From Takakia lepidozioides (lineage: Eukaryota; Plantae; Bryophyta): 64,000 nt of DNA. The translations under genes and the position numbers were made by a program. Of the stretch, positions 33,388 through 45,324 are shown in pieces. The DNA is taken from positions 15,686,001 through 15,750,000 of the forward strand of contig CM060732.1 of assembly GCA_030704615.1 (NCBI GenBank). The letters are read 5' to 3'. Numbering within the stretch: position 1 is the first letter of the stretch; each line of letters starts with the position of its first letter. The notes under the pieces were generated by a model, which was given only the letters and a program-made list of their open reading frames with translations, ran no database searches and had not been told where the DNA came from.

Positions 33388-34825
33388 TCTAGTAAAAAAC
33401 TATCAGGTAAAATATTGTCACTTAAGCAACCACGTCGCCGACACGGTGGCGGTGACAAATATATTTTGGAAAATAATAAAATGAAAGCGACCGCCAATTC
33501 TGGCAGTCGCTTTATATTTCGGAATTTTAAAAATAAGAACGACCGCCAACATGGTGTTCGCTTTAAAAAAATTTATAAAAATAAATAAAATTGGCGGTCG
33601 CATTGGCGGTCGTCTATTTTTCTTAAAAAAAAAATAGCAACCTCCATATTGGCGGTTGCATAATTTTGAAAATATATAAAAAACAAGCGACCGCCATATT
33701 ATGGCGGTCGCTCAATTTTACAAATATATTAAAAACCAGCGACCACCATAATATGGCGGTCGCTTTATTTTAAAAATATATTAAAAAAAACTAGCGACCC
33801 CATAATATGGCGATCGCTTTAATTCAAAAAAAAAAAAAAACTAAACTAAACAGCGACTCCTAATATGGTGGTCGCTTTATTTTCAAAATATTAAAAAAAT
33901 TAAATTTAGTTTTTTAAATTAAATAAAATAAAAAATATTTTTAATTTCAGAAAATGCAGCGACCGCCAGTAATGTCGGTCGCATTTATTATTTATTTTTT
34001 TAAATAGAGCGACCACGGTCGTTTTTTTTTTTTTTTTTTTTTTTTTTTCTGAAATAAAGCGACTGCCACTACTGGCGGTCACTTGTATATTTTTAATTTC
34101 TGAAAATGTAGCGACCGCCAGTAATGACGATCGCTTTTATTTTTTATTTTTTTAAATAGAGCGATCGCCATTATTGGTGGTCATTTATTAAAAAAAAAAC
34201 CGACCGCCATTATTGGCGGTCGCTTGTATATTTTCAATTTCTGAAAATACAGCGACCGCCAGTATTGGCGGTCGCATTTTTTTTTTAAGACAAAAATAGA
34301 GCGACTGCCATTATTGGCGGTCGTTTTTAAAAAAATAAAATAAAAAATAGAGCGACGGCCATTACTGGCGGTCGCTTGTATATTTTTAGTTTCTGAAAAT
34401 GCTGACCGCCAGTTATGGCCGTCGCTTTTATTTTTTATTTTTTAAAATAGTACGACCGCCATTATTGGTGGTCGCTTGTACATTTTTAATTTCTGAAAAT
34501 ACTGCGACTGCCAGTAATGGCAGTCGCTTTTATTTTTTTGTTTTTTTTAATAGTGCGACCGTCGTTATTGGCGGTTGCTTTTATTGTTTAATTTTTTAAA
34601 TAGAGCGACCGCCAGTATTTTTGAAAATGCTGCGACCGCCAGTTATGGCGGTCGTTTTTATTTTTCATTGCGACCGCCATTACTGGTGGTCGCTTGTATA
34701 TTTTTAATTTCTGAAAATGTTGCGACTGCCAGTAATGGCGGTCGTTTTATTTATTTTTTATTTTTAAATAGATCGACCGTCGTTACTGGCGGTCGCTTTT
34801 ATTGTTTAATAGAGCGACCGCTTCT
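33388..34825. repeat. AT-rich array of GCGACCGCCA...TGGCGGTCGC inverted repeats; probable CACTA/EnSpm subterminal region
   Basis: More than 20 hairpin units separated by A/T runs; preceded by CTAGTAAAAAA, resembling a decayed CACTAGT terminus. No transposase seen. Confidence 0.6.
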
Positions 34826-37240
34826 TGAAGGTGTGCCTTACGCGTGGACCGAGGAATGAGAGGGGGGGGAGGGGGCAGATAAGCCAAGGGAGGCTCATTC
34901 TCCCCTCACTTCCTCTCCACACAACTTATGTGTGCGTGACATGTAACTATTCCACGATACGTAGTCACGTGGAGACGCAAGCCATTGGCTGGGGGGGATT
35001 TTTTTGCCGCAATTTCTGTGAAATCATTGCAGAATGTTCCTATAGCCCCTCCTCTAGCTTCCGGGAACATTTTACTCCATCATATGTCCTGGGTGGGTTC
35101 ATGGCAGTGTGGACTGTAGTCATTGAGCCACAAAATTGTTTATAAAATTGTGTCTCCCTTCAGGTCGGTAATACAGAAATATCTCACAAATATTTGAGCA
35201 TAAGACCAGTTTCACATGATAGTAGAAATCCAGGTGTGAAACTCAGTGTGACATTTGAAATCCTTGTCAAGTAAGATGAACTTGTTGAGCACCCTGATTC
35301 CTCCTCCTAATGAATGGACGGTAGTGAATGTGTAGTGGGAAAAGAGGGCCCCCATAGAAACCCTAACATTTAGCACTTCATGATCAGAGTTGCAAATCAA
35401 TCTTCATACCACAACTGCCGCAGCGGAAGGGAATGCATTCATGGCATGCCTGTTGTGGAGAGTGGTGATTGCATATGCGTAGATAATTCCCCATGTTCAT
35501 AGCTGAAATCCACAGCTCATGCACTGCCCGCGAGTATGAACAAATACAAGTTTTGTTATGGCAGCATTCCCCATTTTGCTTTGTGATCACTCTGTGCAGC
35601 ATCTTATCCGACCTCTCTCTCCCTCTTATCTTCTCTGCCCTCTGGGTTTTCTTTATCAAGATTTTCACAGGGGTCCACATTCCATGCTGAGCCTTGCATC
35701 CTGGTTGGCCTTAATCATCACTGGAACATGCTTATTATGCTCATGAGAAATAGGTCAATTCTCACCTCATCTCTGTTTCTCTCTCAACTCACACTTCATA
35801 ATGAAAGATCATGCTAATCATGACATCCTACCAGCAGCCTTTGGATTGTGCATAAACCCAGACACCCTCCCCATTAATGTGGTGATCACTCAAAGGCATC
35901 CCTACTCTCTCTCATTGAACCCATGCATGCACAACTAAAAGAATGCAAGTTTCACTGGAATCTGCCCATCACTCTCAAGATGATTAACCTTTTTTCACTC
36001 ACTCCCTCTCTGATGCTCACTCATCCCACACTGTAGGGTGCAGTCATAAAAACAGATTCAGCACACTCTCTCATTCTCTCTCCACTGACTCTCTCTCTAT
36101 TTCTCTCAAAGTAGGTGTGCAGATAACCCCAACAAGACCCTAAGAAGCAATGCATCTATGCTGCACATGCATACTCCCGAAAGCAGAACTAGGGCACAAA
36201 CCGAGTTCAACATCCTCTGGCGTCCCCACACATCACCATTTTGCCAACCCCCTTTCTCTCTTTCTCTCCATTCTCACAACAATGGATAACAAGACGATCA
36301 CATCACCTAAAGGGCAGGGCAGCCTCATTCCATCTTTATACTTCAAAATCCAGAAACCAGAACATTGATTGAGTCCAACATCTCCAGAATCCCCAACACT
36401 TCACCCTCAACCTACATGCAAGCTTACTCCATCCTACCTCATTATCACTTTGGCTTGCTCTCAATCGCTCTCCCATCTTTGTTCTTAGTCTCACATCTCC
36501 CAAAACCCAAAAGCAAGAAGAAGTCTCCATTTGCCTCATCTCCACATGTATGCCTTCGCCCATCCTTCCATGCCATCATCATCCCGCCTCCGCTGGTTTG
36601 TAGCCCGACCGATTCCATAAAGCCGACTTCCCTATACTTTACTGTAGAGAATGCAGAGATTGTCCCACTACTCTAAATGAATTGATGCAAGCCACCTGCA
36701 TGCAAGCCTGGCAACCCTGGAGACTTACTACCTCGTTGTGGCATCCACAAATCTATTACTTAGTTTGGGAAACTAAAACATGTAGTCTGCATTCATTCCA
36801 CCGGTAAGGCCCTGATCTGAAAGCCCTCATCTCCAAATTCAATGCCAAGCTCAATACACATCAGCACCCACATCGACACACAGGGCCCTGCTCTCAAAGC
36901 CCTTGTGCATTCATTCCACCCAGTAAACATTCCCCATGGGTTGTTTTTACTTTACATTGTAGAGTAAAAAATATCATCATACATCATACAATTGCAGAAC
37001 CAATTGATTCAAATATCATAGACAACTTCCTAAAGGGGCAGAGAATGGCGCCACCTACACCCTTTCAATGAAGGGGTTCATTGTACGGTGCAATTGTCCC
37101 TGCGTGGAAGTGGTGTGCCCTCCCACTCCAGTCTTTCATGGGTGCATGAATGAGCATGCCGGTCTTGTGGCATAGCCATGGAAAACATCCAGGACAGGCT
37201 CCTCTTTCACGATAGAGTATGGTTGGCCATGACTTGCGCC

Positions 37241-38122
37241 CTACAATTCTAGTAATACAACATCAGACACCGACTCCAGCAATGCCTCCATTTCCTTGTC
37301 ATCGAGAGGAACTCTATCGGAGCCATCTTCCGACATAATTCTGGCCAATGCCATCGTATGGGCGGCTTGGAGCTGTATCTGTTTGGGTTTGGCACCCGGT
37401 CTCAACTTAACCTCCTCCTGAACGAGCTGCGCTGCCTCGTGGGCAGCCTCTCGCGAGTTCCACCTCGCCAATTTGTGACAATGGGAACCAACGTGTATGT
37501 AAGCTCGGGTGAGGTCAGGGAAACGGTGCAACACATAGAACTGCTTGGCATTACAAACAGACATGCAGTGTGGTGGTTCTTCGCAATGCGCACACTTAAA
37601 TGTGGAGTGCGGAACCTTCTCCTGAGCTCGAAATGGTTGATGAGCTGTGCCTGTCCAATCGGTCTCGTTCCTGTGACCTCTGGATTTAAAATGGAAGCAT
37701 GTTGGGGAGAAACACCGCAACGCGCCCGCACAAACAACGTAGCGCACCCGCACACCATCGAGCATCTTCATGCTGGTGGTTTTGGTGACGCACCAAGGAT
37801 GACCGTCATGTTTTCTATCCATATCTGTCAATATTCCGGACGCCCTCGAGTAGTCCGTCCGAGGAGGGAACTCAAAGAAGATATTACCGTCGACGTCTGC
37901 GGGAAGGCATGTAACCGATTTAATTATGAACTTGTTGTAGTCCAGCCCGGCCAGCTCCGAGCGGTGTCCATCCATGTGAAGCCCTCGCAGAATTTCAAGA
38001 ATGGATCGAACTGCGGTGCTCGTGCTGGGAATATGACTCCCTCGTCCACTGACGTCCATTGAGGACTTGCCTGATCTCCAGGACGATCTCGGAACTTCCA
38101 TGACCTCGTCGGAGTCGGACAT
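37241..38122 (-). pseudogene. MULE transposase N-terminal part (WRKY/GCM1-like Cys/His domain), truncated
   Basis: HDGHPW...CAGALRC...C...CAHC...C...HVGSHCH; aligns with ORF 54075-55364 (EEVKL.PGA.PKQIQL.AAH...IMSEDGSDR). Confidence 0.8.
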
Positions 38123-38789
38123 GTTGTGAACAACCCGGTTTCTCGCTCGTCTTCATTGATGGGTTGGGCTCTGGATTTACTTCGTTGCGGACTTCTCTCT
38201 TTGAGGTACCCACTCTCTGATTCGCGGATTGTTTCGTGGAAGGCGCCAGGATAGAAGGTGCATTTGGCGGGCAAATGAAGTCCCCAACAGCCCTGTATAT
38301 GACGATGTCCGATGGTGGAACTCGCCATTCCCTGCCATCGCCGAAATCATCGTGGAGCACAACAATACTCTCGACAACAACGTCGTTTGAGTCCTTCCTT
38401 TCCTCCTCCAAAAAAACCGACCCCGGTTTCAGGTGGTATCGAACGCACAGATATTTCTCCATCACACGGCAGATGTCCCCTCTGCACGGAAATGAAGCTC
38501 TATGCTCGTGAGGAGGGCAGTACACTGTAGCGCTCGGGTTTTCTGCCATGGGAGATGTGCACACAAGACTGCCAGGATGGCGTGCGGGCAAGCTCCCTGG
38601 TAGAAGGGGGATGCACCGATGGGACGGAATGCGGTGCCGATTTGTCCGAGCAACAAAGCCTGATCCAAATCCAGGGAGCCAACTATCTCAAAAGTCCACA
38701 GTCAGAGTGTTAATGAACATTGTCTCCGGAATGCGGCCCCTGGTCTTTGCGCAATAACTGCCAACGGTATGCATTCAGAAAGTGGGGGC

Positions 38790-40830
38790 CGCCCGGATGA
38801 TGTCGGCTGAAGGGGAGAAGCCGGCACCGGGCCGTCACATTACACCCCCGGATGGAAATTCGGCACCGAATATCCAATAGGGGCCGCCCGGATGAAGTCG
38901 ACTCGGGCGGAGAGGTCAGCACCTGTCCGACAGAGAACATCCCCCAGATTTCCATTCAGCGCCGAATTTCCATCCGGGCCCCCCCAAACGAAGTCGTGTC
39001 GGGGGGTCAGGCCGAAAAGTGGCTGACATAAAAACCTCCCCGGATGGAAAAACTGTGCCGAAATTACATCCGGGGCCGTTCGGATGCAGTCGGCTCGGGG
39101 GGAGAGGCCGGCACATGGCCGTCACATTACAACCCCCGGACGGGAATTCGGCACCGAATATCCAACAGGGGCCGCCCGGATGAAGTCGCCTTGTGTGGAG
39201 AGGCCGGCACCTGTCCGACACAAAACATCCCCCGGATAGGCCACCCCAAAGGAAGTCGTGTCGGGGGGTCAGGCCAAAAACTAGCCGACATAAAAACCTC
39301 CCTGGATGGAAAAACGGCGCCGAATTTACATCCGGGGCCGTTCAGATGCAGTCGGCTCAGGAGGAGAGGCCGGCACCTGGCCGTCACATTACAACCCCCG
39401 GATGGAAATTCGGCACCGAATATCCAACAGGGGGCGCCGGGATAAAGTCGACTCGGGCAGAGAGGCCGGCACCTGTCCGACAGAGAACATCCCCCGGATG
39501 GAAATTCGGCGCCGAATTTCTATCCGGGCCCCCCCAAAGGAAGTCGTGTCGGGGGGTCAGGCCGAAAACTGGCCGAAATAAAAACCTCCCCGGATGAAAA
39601 AAATGGCGCTGAATTTACATCCAGGGCCGTTCGAATGCAGTCGGCTCGGGAGGCGAGGCCGGCACCTGGCCGTCACATTACAATTCCCGAACGGAAATTC
39701 GGCACCGAATATCCAACAGGGGGCGCCGGGATAAAGTCGACTCAGGCGGAGGGGATGCAAAACCGGCGCCGAATTTCCATTCGGCATATAATCGCAATCG
39801 CGGCCAGATGGAATTTCGGCAACGAATTTCCATGTAGGAACTAAGAGGGATGGAAAAGAAGCAAGGAATTTCTCTCTACCAGTCGAGAATTCCTGAAAAA
39901 ACGTGTCTAAAAGTGGATTTCAGCCGCCAAACTTAAGGTTTAGTGTCTTTTTAGACCAAAAAACCAAGCGGCCACGCTCAGAATTACCTGCAGGATGGTA
40001 ATTCGGCGCTTCAACTTACCTGGCAGATGGAAATTCGGCGCCGAATTTCCATCCGGCCGCGCTCCGAGTTACCTGCTTGATGGAAATCCGGCGCCGGATT
40101 TCCATCCGGCCGCGCTTCGAATTACCTGCATGACGGAAATTCGGCGCCGGATTTCCATCCATCCTTGCTCCGAATTACCTGCAGGATGGAAATTTGGCGC
40201 CGAATTTCCATCCATCCGCGCTCCGAATTACCTGCATGACAGAGAATCGGCGCTCCGACTTACTTGGCGGACGGAAATTCGGAGCTGGATTTCCATCCAT
40301 CCGCTGTCCAAATTACCTGCATGACGGAAAAACGGCGCTCCGATTTACCTGGCGGACGGAAATTAGGCGCTGGATTTCCATCCATCCGCGCTCCGACTTA
40401 CCTGGCGGATGGAAATTCGGCGCCGGATTTCCATCCATCCGCGCTCCGACTTACCTGGCGGATGGAAATTCGGCGCCGGATTTCCATCCATCCGCGCTCC
40501 GACTTACCTGGCGGATGGAAATTCGGCGCCGGATTTCCATCCATCCGCTCTCCGAATTACCTGCATGACGGAAAAACGGCGCTCCGACTTACCTGACGGA
40601 CGGAAATTCGGCGCCGGATTTCCATCCATCCGCACTCCGAGTTACTTGCAGGATGGAAATTCAGCGCCGGATTTCCATCCATCCGCTCTCCGAATTACCT
40701 GCATGACGGAAATTCGGCGCTCCAAGTTACCTGGCGGATGGAAATTCGGCGCTGGATATCTATCCATCCGCTCTTCGAAGTACCTGCATGACGGAAATTC
40801 GGCGATCCGACTTACCTGGCGGATGGGAAT
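38790..40830. repeat. CpG-rich palindromic repeat arrays (~280-bp higher-order units, then 53-bp units)
   Basis: Perfect 28-bp palindrome GATGGAAATTCGGCGCCGAATTTCCATC at 40026-40053; 53-bp period visible at 40388/40441/40494. Confidence 0.92.
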
Positions 40831-41050
40831 TCGGCGCCGAGGGCTTCGTTGCGTCATACTTCATTCGACATTTAATTGCGTAGTTGGGCATTAAATGTCC
40901 TCCGCCGTCGGTTTTGATTCGTGATGGCGATAAGGGATTCCGCGCTTGCTTCCTCGATACGTCTTGGAAACGTGATGCTAAACTTGGATGAAGTTCTATT
41001 CGAGGCATGTACGCAAAAATACTGAGATCTTTTTTCTTTTGCTGGGACTT

Positions 41051-43934
41051 ATGCCGCGTGAAGGGCGTGGCTCTCCTGAGAGAGACCCCACATCCAGACC
41101 GCGGCGGAAGTTGAAGGCTTTGTACTACGGGCGACGGCCAACCTCTCGCATGGCCAAACTTAAGCTCCAGCAGGAGATTCCAGTGTCTTGCTCACAACCC
41201 GCGCCAACTGAAGCCGAGTACTCCCAGGCAAGCCACTTCCGCTTTCGCTTTGTTGTTTACTTCGTTTTTTGGTTTGTTTTCGCATCTTCAGCCTGGCATC
41301 GTTGGAAGCGTATGGTTGCATCGCAAAAGCACGAGCTGTTGAGAAGAATGATCAAGGTCAAAGTGGTTAAAAATTAAGGAAATCCATGCTGAGCTGAGAA
41401 GATTGTCTGAGCAGATGAAGTGCCTTCAAAACATTTCACCCTGTTTTCCCGTCTTATGGAATTCGTGTTCATTTGTTCATCGTGTTTCATGTTACCGGTT
41501 GAGTGAACCTTGCGTGTGCAAAGCCGGCAGCTCTGGAGAAGGCTACTTGTGCATATCATTCTTAGGCATTGGTTGGATTTGTTTTCATTGTTGTTCCATG
41601 CCACTCCATACTCGGTTTTGTTTTGTTTTCATGTTGTTCCACGATTGTTGCGATGGTGGTTGCGCTGCTCGTTGCGATGGTGGTTTTCATTCCGATGTTG
41701 GTTCTCACGATTTGCGGGAATGACAGAGTGACGACGAGCCCGACACGCTGGTGGTATCATCGACAGCTCCAACTCATCGCATGTTTGGATCGCCCAACTT
41801 GGGGCGGGAGGGCAAACTAAAACCTTTTGTTGGTGGACGGGAGGACCTGCAGCGAGAGTACGACAGAATAGGCATTGGGGAGGTTGGTGCAGGCGGCATG
41901 GCAGGTGAAGGGCGTGAGGACAGCAGATCCGGCAATGGAGGTTGTTGATGCACATGCAGTAGGGCCCACGCAAAGAAGAAGAAGAAAGCCAAGCACATGC
42001 AATCCCCGGCGAGAGAGCCGTCACGGGCTGCGGAGGGGGGAGTGAGCAGTGCGCGCAAGGGTGTCAGTTCTCCTCAATCAAAGGTGGTCGTCCTGGAGGG
42101 CTCCCCTGCTGCTAGCCCTAGTAAGAAACAAAAAGCCCGTGAGAGGGCAAAAACACGGCGGTATTCGGCGGTGACGTTTACGCACACGCCAAAGCTAGAA
42201 CCTCCAACCATCATCCAATGCGTCAATGAGAGCTTCCTTGACGCTCTCGCTGCCAGGGCGAAGAAGGTGGCACACAGCAAGTCTCTGGCGGAGCAGAAGG
42301 GGAAAGCCAAGAAGAGGGCTGCCGGTACAGAGCCTAAAGACACCCCTAGTTTTGAAGCCATGATGGAATTCTTCACAGCTGTGAGCACGGATTGCAAGAG
42401 CACTCGGCGGGGGGTTGAGGTGGAGAGAGCTTGCGATATGATTCTCCTCGACATTCCAGATGGGGAGCTGCTGGAGGGCCTGGATGGTGTGCCCACCTGG
42501 AACAGGTTTACTGAGGACTACTGGAAAGCCGGGTTTGGGCTGGCGGGGATGCTCCTGGATGACGGTGGATGTGTGGTTGTTCTTGCCACAAGAGGGAAGA
42601 CCACAAAGAATGCGGTGGCAAGATGGACACCGAAAAGTGTCACCCCGGTCCTCCTCAGAAAATGGTTCTGCATCAATACACAGGGGTTGCGAACAGAGGG
42701 CCAAAGTGTAAGTTATCAATCTATTGCATTCACCTCATATTGTGGTGTATCTAAACTAGATCCCGGAGCTGATCCCTCTTTTGTTGGATGTGCAGACATT
42801 GGTGTTTGAGGCATATTGCTTTGTGAAGAGAGGGTCTACGTTCAAATTCCGCAACGACGGTCGTCTTGTTGATGCCGTTGTGGACCCTATTACCTACGAT
42901 GTCCTCTACAACTATGTGCCCCACTCCAGTATGCCGAAGGACACAAAGACAGGCAAACTGTGGCGGTACAGCCGGACCCGGAGCCCTGCTTTCATCCAAA
43001 CCCTCATGGAGACGTGCTCGGATGTCCAAGGGCGGATTCTTGACCTCACATGTGGCACGGGTAAGCCTTCACGTGCTCAGTTTGTCCCCTGGCCTGATTG
43101 CAATTGCATGCCGCAAGCTATTAACCGCCCGCTTTGTTCCTCAGGTGCTTCAATGTGGGCAGGGACGTTGTTCGACAGGCATGTGTTCGCCTGCGAGCCA
43201 GATACTGCCCTCCACAACTCGGAACTTGCAGCGGCTGAACGTCTGCCCAAAGAGGAAGAGGCACCCTTGGAGGATGAGGAAAAATCCGAGAAGGAGCAGG
43301 GGGAGGAACAAGTTGGGATCGAGGCCGAGGAGCCCCCGGTTTACGAGTGAGTGGTCGCATTGTAAGTTGCCTCAAGATTTCGTGAGGCACCTCCCTTCGC
43401 TCTCTTATTTCATTGAAAACCCTTTCTGCTTCTGCTGGTATTGACATTCTTGAAGTGGATTTGTTCTTACTGTAGGATGCCAAGTACGGCAGGAGGGACG
43501 TCTACACCGGAGTTCATGGGCAGGAGGAACGTGCCTTTTTTGCCAGGGGGGATTTCATGCCTAGTCCAGAAAGGGACTACATCTTTCCTACTTATGCTGC
43601 CCGGCTTGCTTCGGTGTCCATTAGGAGGTCTTCCGAACCTAGTCGTGTACAGCAGATTTTAGACGAAGCAAGCCTCAAGAAAATGAAGATGAGGGAGGAG
43701 GCAGCAGATATTAGAGTCCGTCGGGCTCGTAGATTTGTCTTGGATTCTGCTGAGGAAAGTGGGGGAGAAGAGGCAGAAGATTCCCAGGAGGTGAGGTGGA
43801 CAGTCCCCCAAGGAGAGGACGAAATTTTTGAGAGGCATAGTGCAACCAATGCATCACAGAGCTCGGAGGATGGGGGGGATGAGGGGGATGAGGAAGAAGG
43901 AGGGCCAAGTTCCTCGGAAGGTGTAGGAGAGTAG
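41051..43934 (+). CDS. TE-borne beta-class N4C/N6A DNA methyltransferase-like gene, paralog 2 (MTase domain open; frameshifts in flanking low-complexity regions)
   Basis: Domain exons ...-42707, 42796-43060, 43145-43346 with GT-AG introns. Motif order CDMILLDIPDG (IV), LLDDGGCVVV (VI), FEAYCFVK (VIII), RSPAFIQTLMETCS (X), ILDLTCGTG|AS (I), RHVFACEPD (II). NLS-like KKKKK upstream, acidic C-terminal tail. Probable frameshifts near 41930-41960 and 43550. Confidence 0.75.
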
Positions 43935-44149
43935 TTCCCATTCCTGCTATGTCAGTTAGGACACACTTGTATAGACGTGGCTTGCAACAAAATTTGCAAT
44001 AAAATGTTGCATTTCATTGCTATGACGAGTCCACATGACCCTATTTCTGTGCCTCCTAACCCTATTTCCGTGGACACACAATGGCCCGCTCATGCTTTTT
44101 TTTTTCCTGCTCATGCTCATGCCGCTCATGAAATAGCAGCCCCCAAGAT

Positions 44150-44870
44150 CGTTGAGGCATTCTGTGTTGAACACATGGTGATCATCCATGATGCTCCCCT
44201 TAACATACATGTTGACAAGGTTGTTGAGTAGAAAAACGCTCGGCGTGAATCCACTTTGGACAATGTGAATGTGCACCTGCTTTCCAACTTCTAGGCCTTT
44301 CATCTTGATGCACTTATGCAAGAGACACACATACGTATCTACATATGCTGAAATGCCTCTTTGGTTTAAAGTTTGTAGAGCCTCTTTCAGTCTGCCTGCC
44401 TCATAAAGCATCTTCACATGCCCATAAGTGCCAGAAGAGGCATTGTGGACTTCCTTGCTTGATCCTCTTCAAGAAGTTGTGGTCATGGTTGAGGTGCCTG
44501 ATTTTATCAACTGTGCCGCTACAGCTGCCGCTTCCAGCTAACCATCTACCCCTGGAGGTTTCTTGTAGCTATCCTTCACAGGGATCCATAGGTAATCTGG
44601 AGCTTGAAATTCGACCCTCTTGGATGAATATGGACCCACACTCTATCCTGCTCCTTCAGCTATCACTGCCTCTGCACAATCATGCATACATCCTTGCCTT
44701 GATGCCAATGCGATCATCGCACTCCACGACACCACATCTCGTTGAGCCACACTTGAACACTACCTTCGCATCTTCAATGCGACCGCATTTGGCATACATG
44801 TCCACTAGGGCGGTGTTCAGAACGACAAACCCTACAATTCCAGCTTTCACAATGTCACCATGGACCTTCC
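44150..44870 (-). pseudogene. PLS-class PPR pseudogene fragments
   Basis: TYVCLLHKC...GKQVHIHIVQSGFTPSVFLLNNLVNMYVK; NTALVDMYAKCGRIEDAKVVF; 44490-44690 is an inverted homolog of ~21620-21815. Confidence 0.85.
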
Positions 44871-45324
44871 ATGTCACTTCCAGGTGGAGGCAGTACATAT
44901 TAAAATATCTATTCCCCAAGGCCACATTTTCTTTACCTGTTTTTGTGAAACACACGTCAGGAGTGGTTCATGGAGTCGTTGAGTCGACTACATATCCACT
45001 TTAATGAATAAATATCTTTATTCCATTAATCAAATTATGAATGAAAAATTTCTAGTCGCATGTGCAGTAATTAGAACCACATGTAATTTCCGCTTTTTCA
45101 AATTTTATGTATTTACGTAATTAATTAAATATCCCGGATTTTTGCTACGACTCCGGAGTCGTTGACCCCACTTCTGCCCGCCATCTGAAATGCCCCCGTG
45201 GGCCCACATTGTCCGTTTCGACTCTGCAGTAGTCCCGCTTACTGCCAAGTGGTTCCCGGAGTGGTTGGCGGACACCCAGTCGATTCGGAAAAGACACGAA
45301 TGCTTCTAGTGATGACAGCTCGAT

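Larger units (their letters stand above)
37241..44144. mobile_element. Mutator/MULE element fragment B: transposase N-terminus (minus), palindrome arrays, MTase-like gene (plus), right TIR
   Basis: Terminus GCTCATGAAATAGCAGCCCCC at 44144 is identical to the right TIR of element 51906-56719; the transposase piece is homologous to 55050-55470; left end is missing. Confidence 0.85.

Noticed and set aside
34850-37240. Short ORFs in a C/T-rich region
   Set aside because: No recognisable domain or consistent splice chain; left unannotated.
40395-40412. ACTTACCTGG resembling the U1 snRNA 5' end
   Set aside because: Only ~10 nt match, within tandem repeats; no U1 stem-loops or Sm site, so not an snRNA gene.
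38790-40830. CRISPR-like appearance of the palindromic repeat arrays (also 19050-20330, 15426-16028, 33388-34825)
   Set aside because: Spacers are related to each other or irregular, there are no cas genes, and the context is eukaryotic TE sequence.
41997-43350. Bacterial restriction-modification system or contamination
   Set aside because: Spliceosomal introns, NLS-like tracts and MULE termini are present, and no cognate restriction endonuclease is seen.
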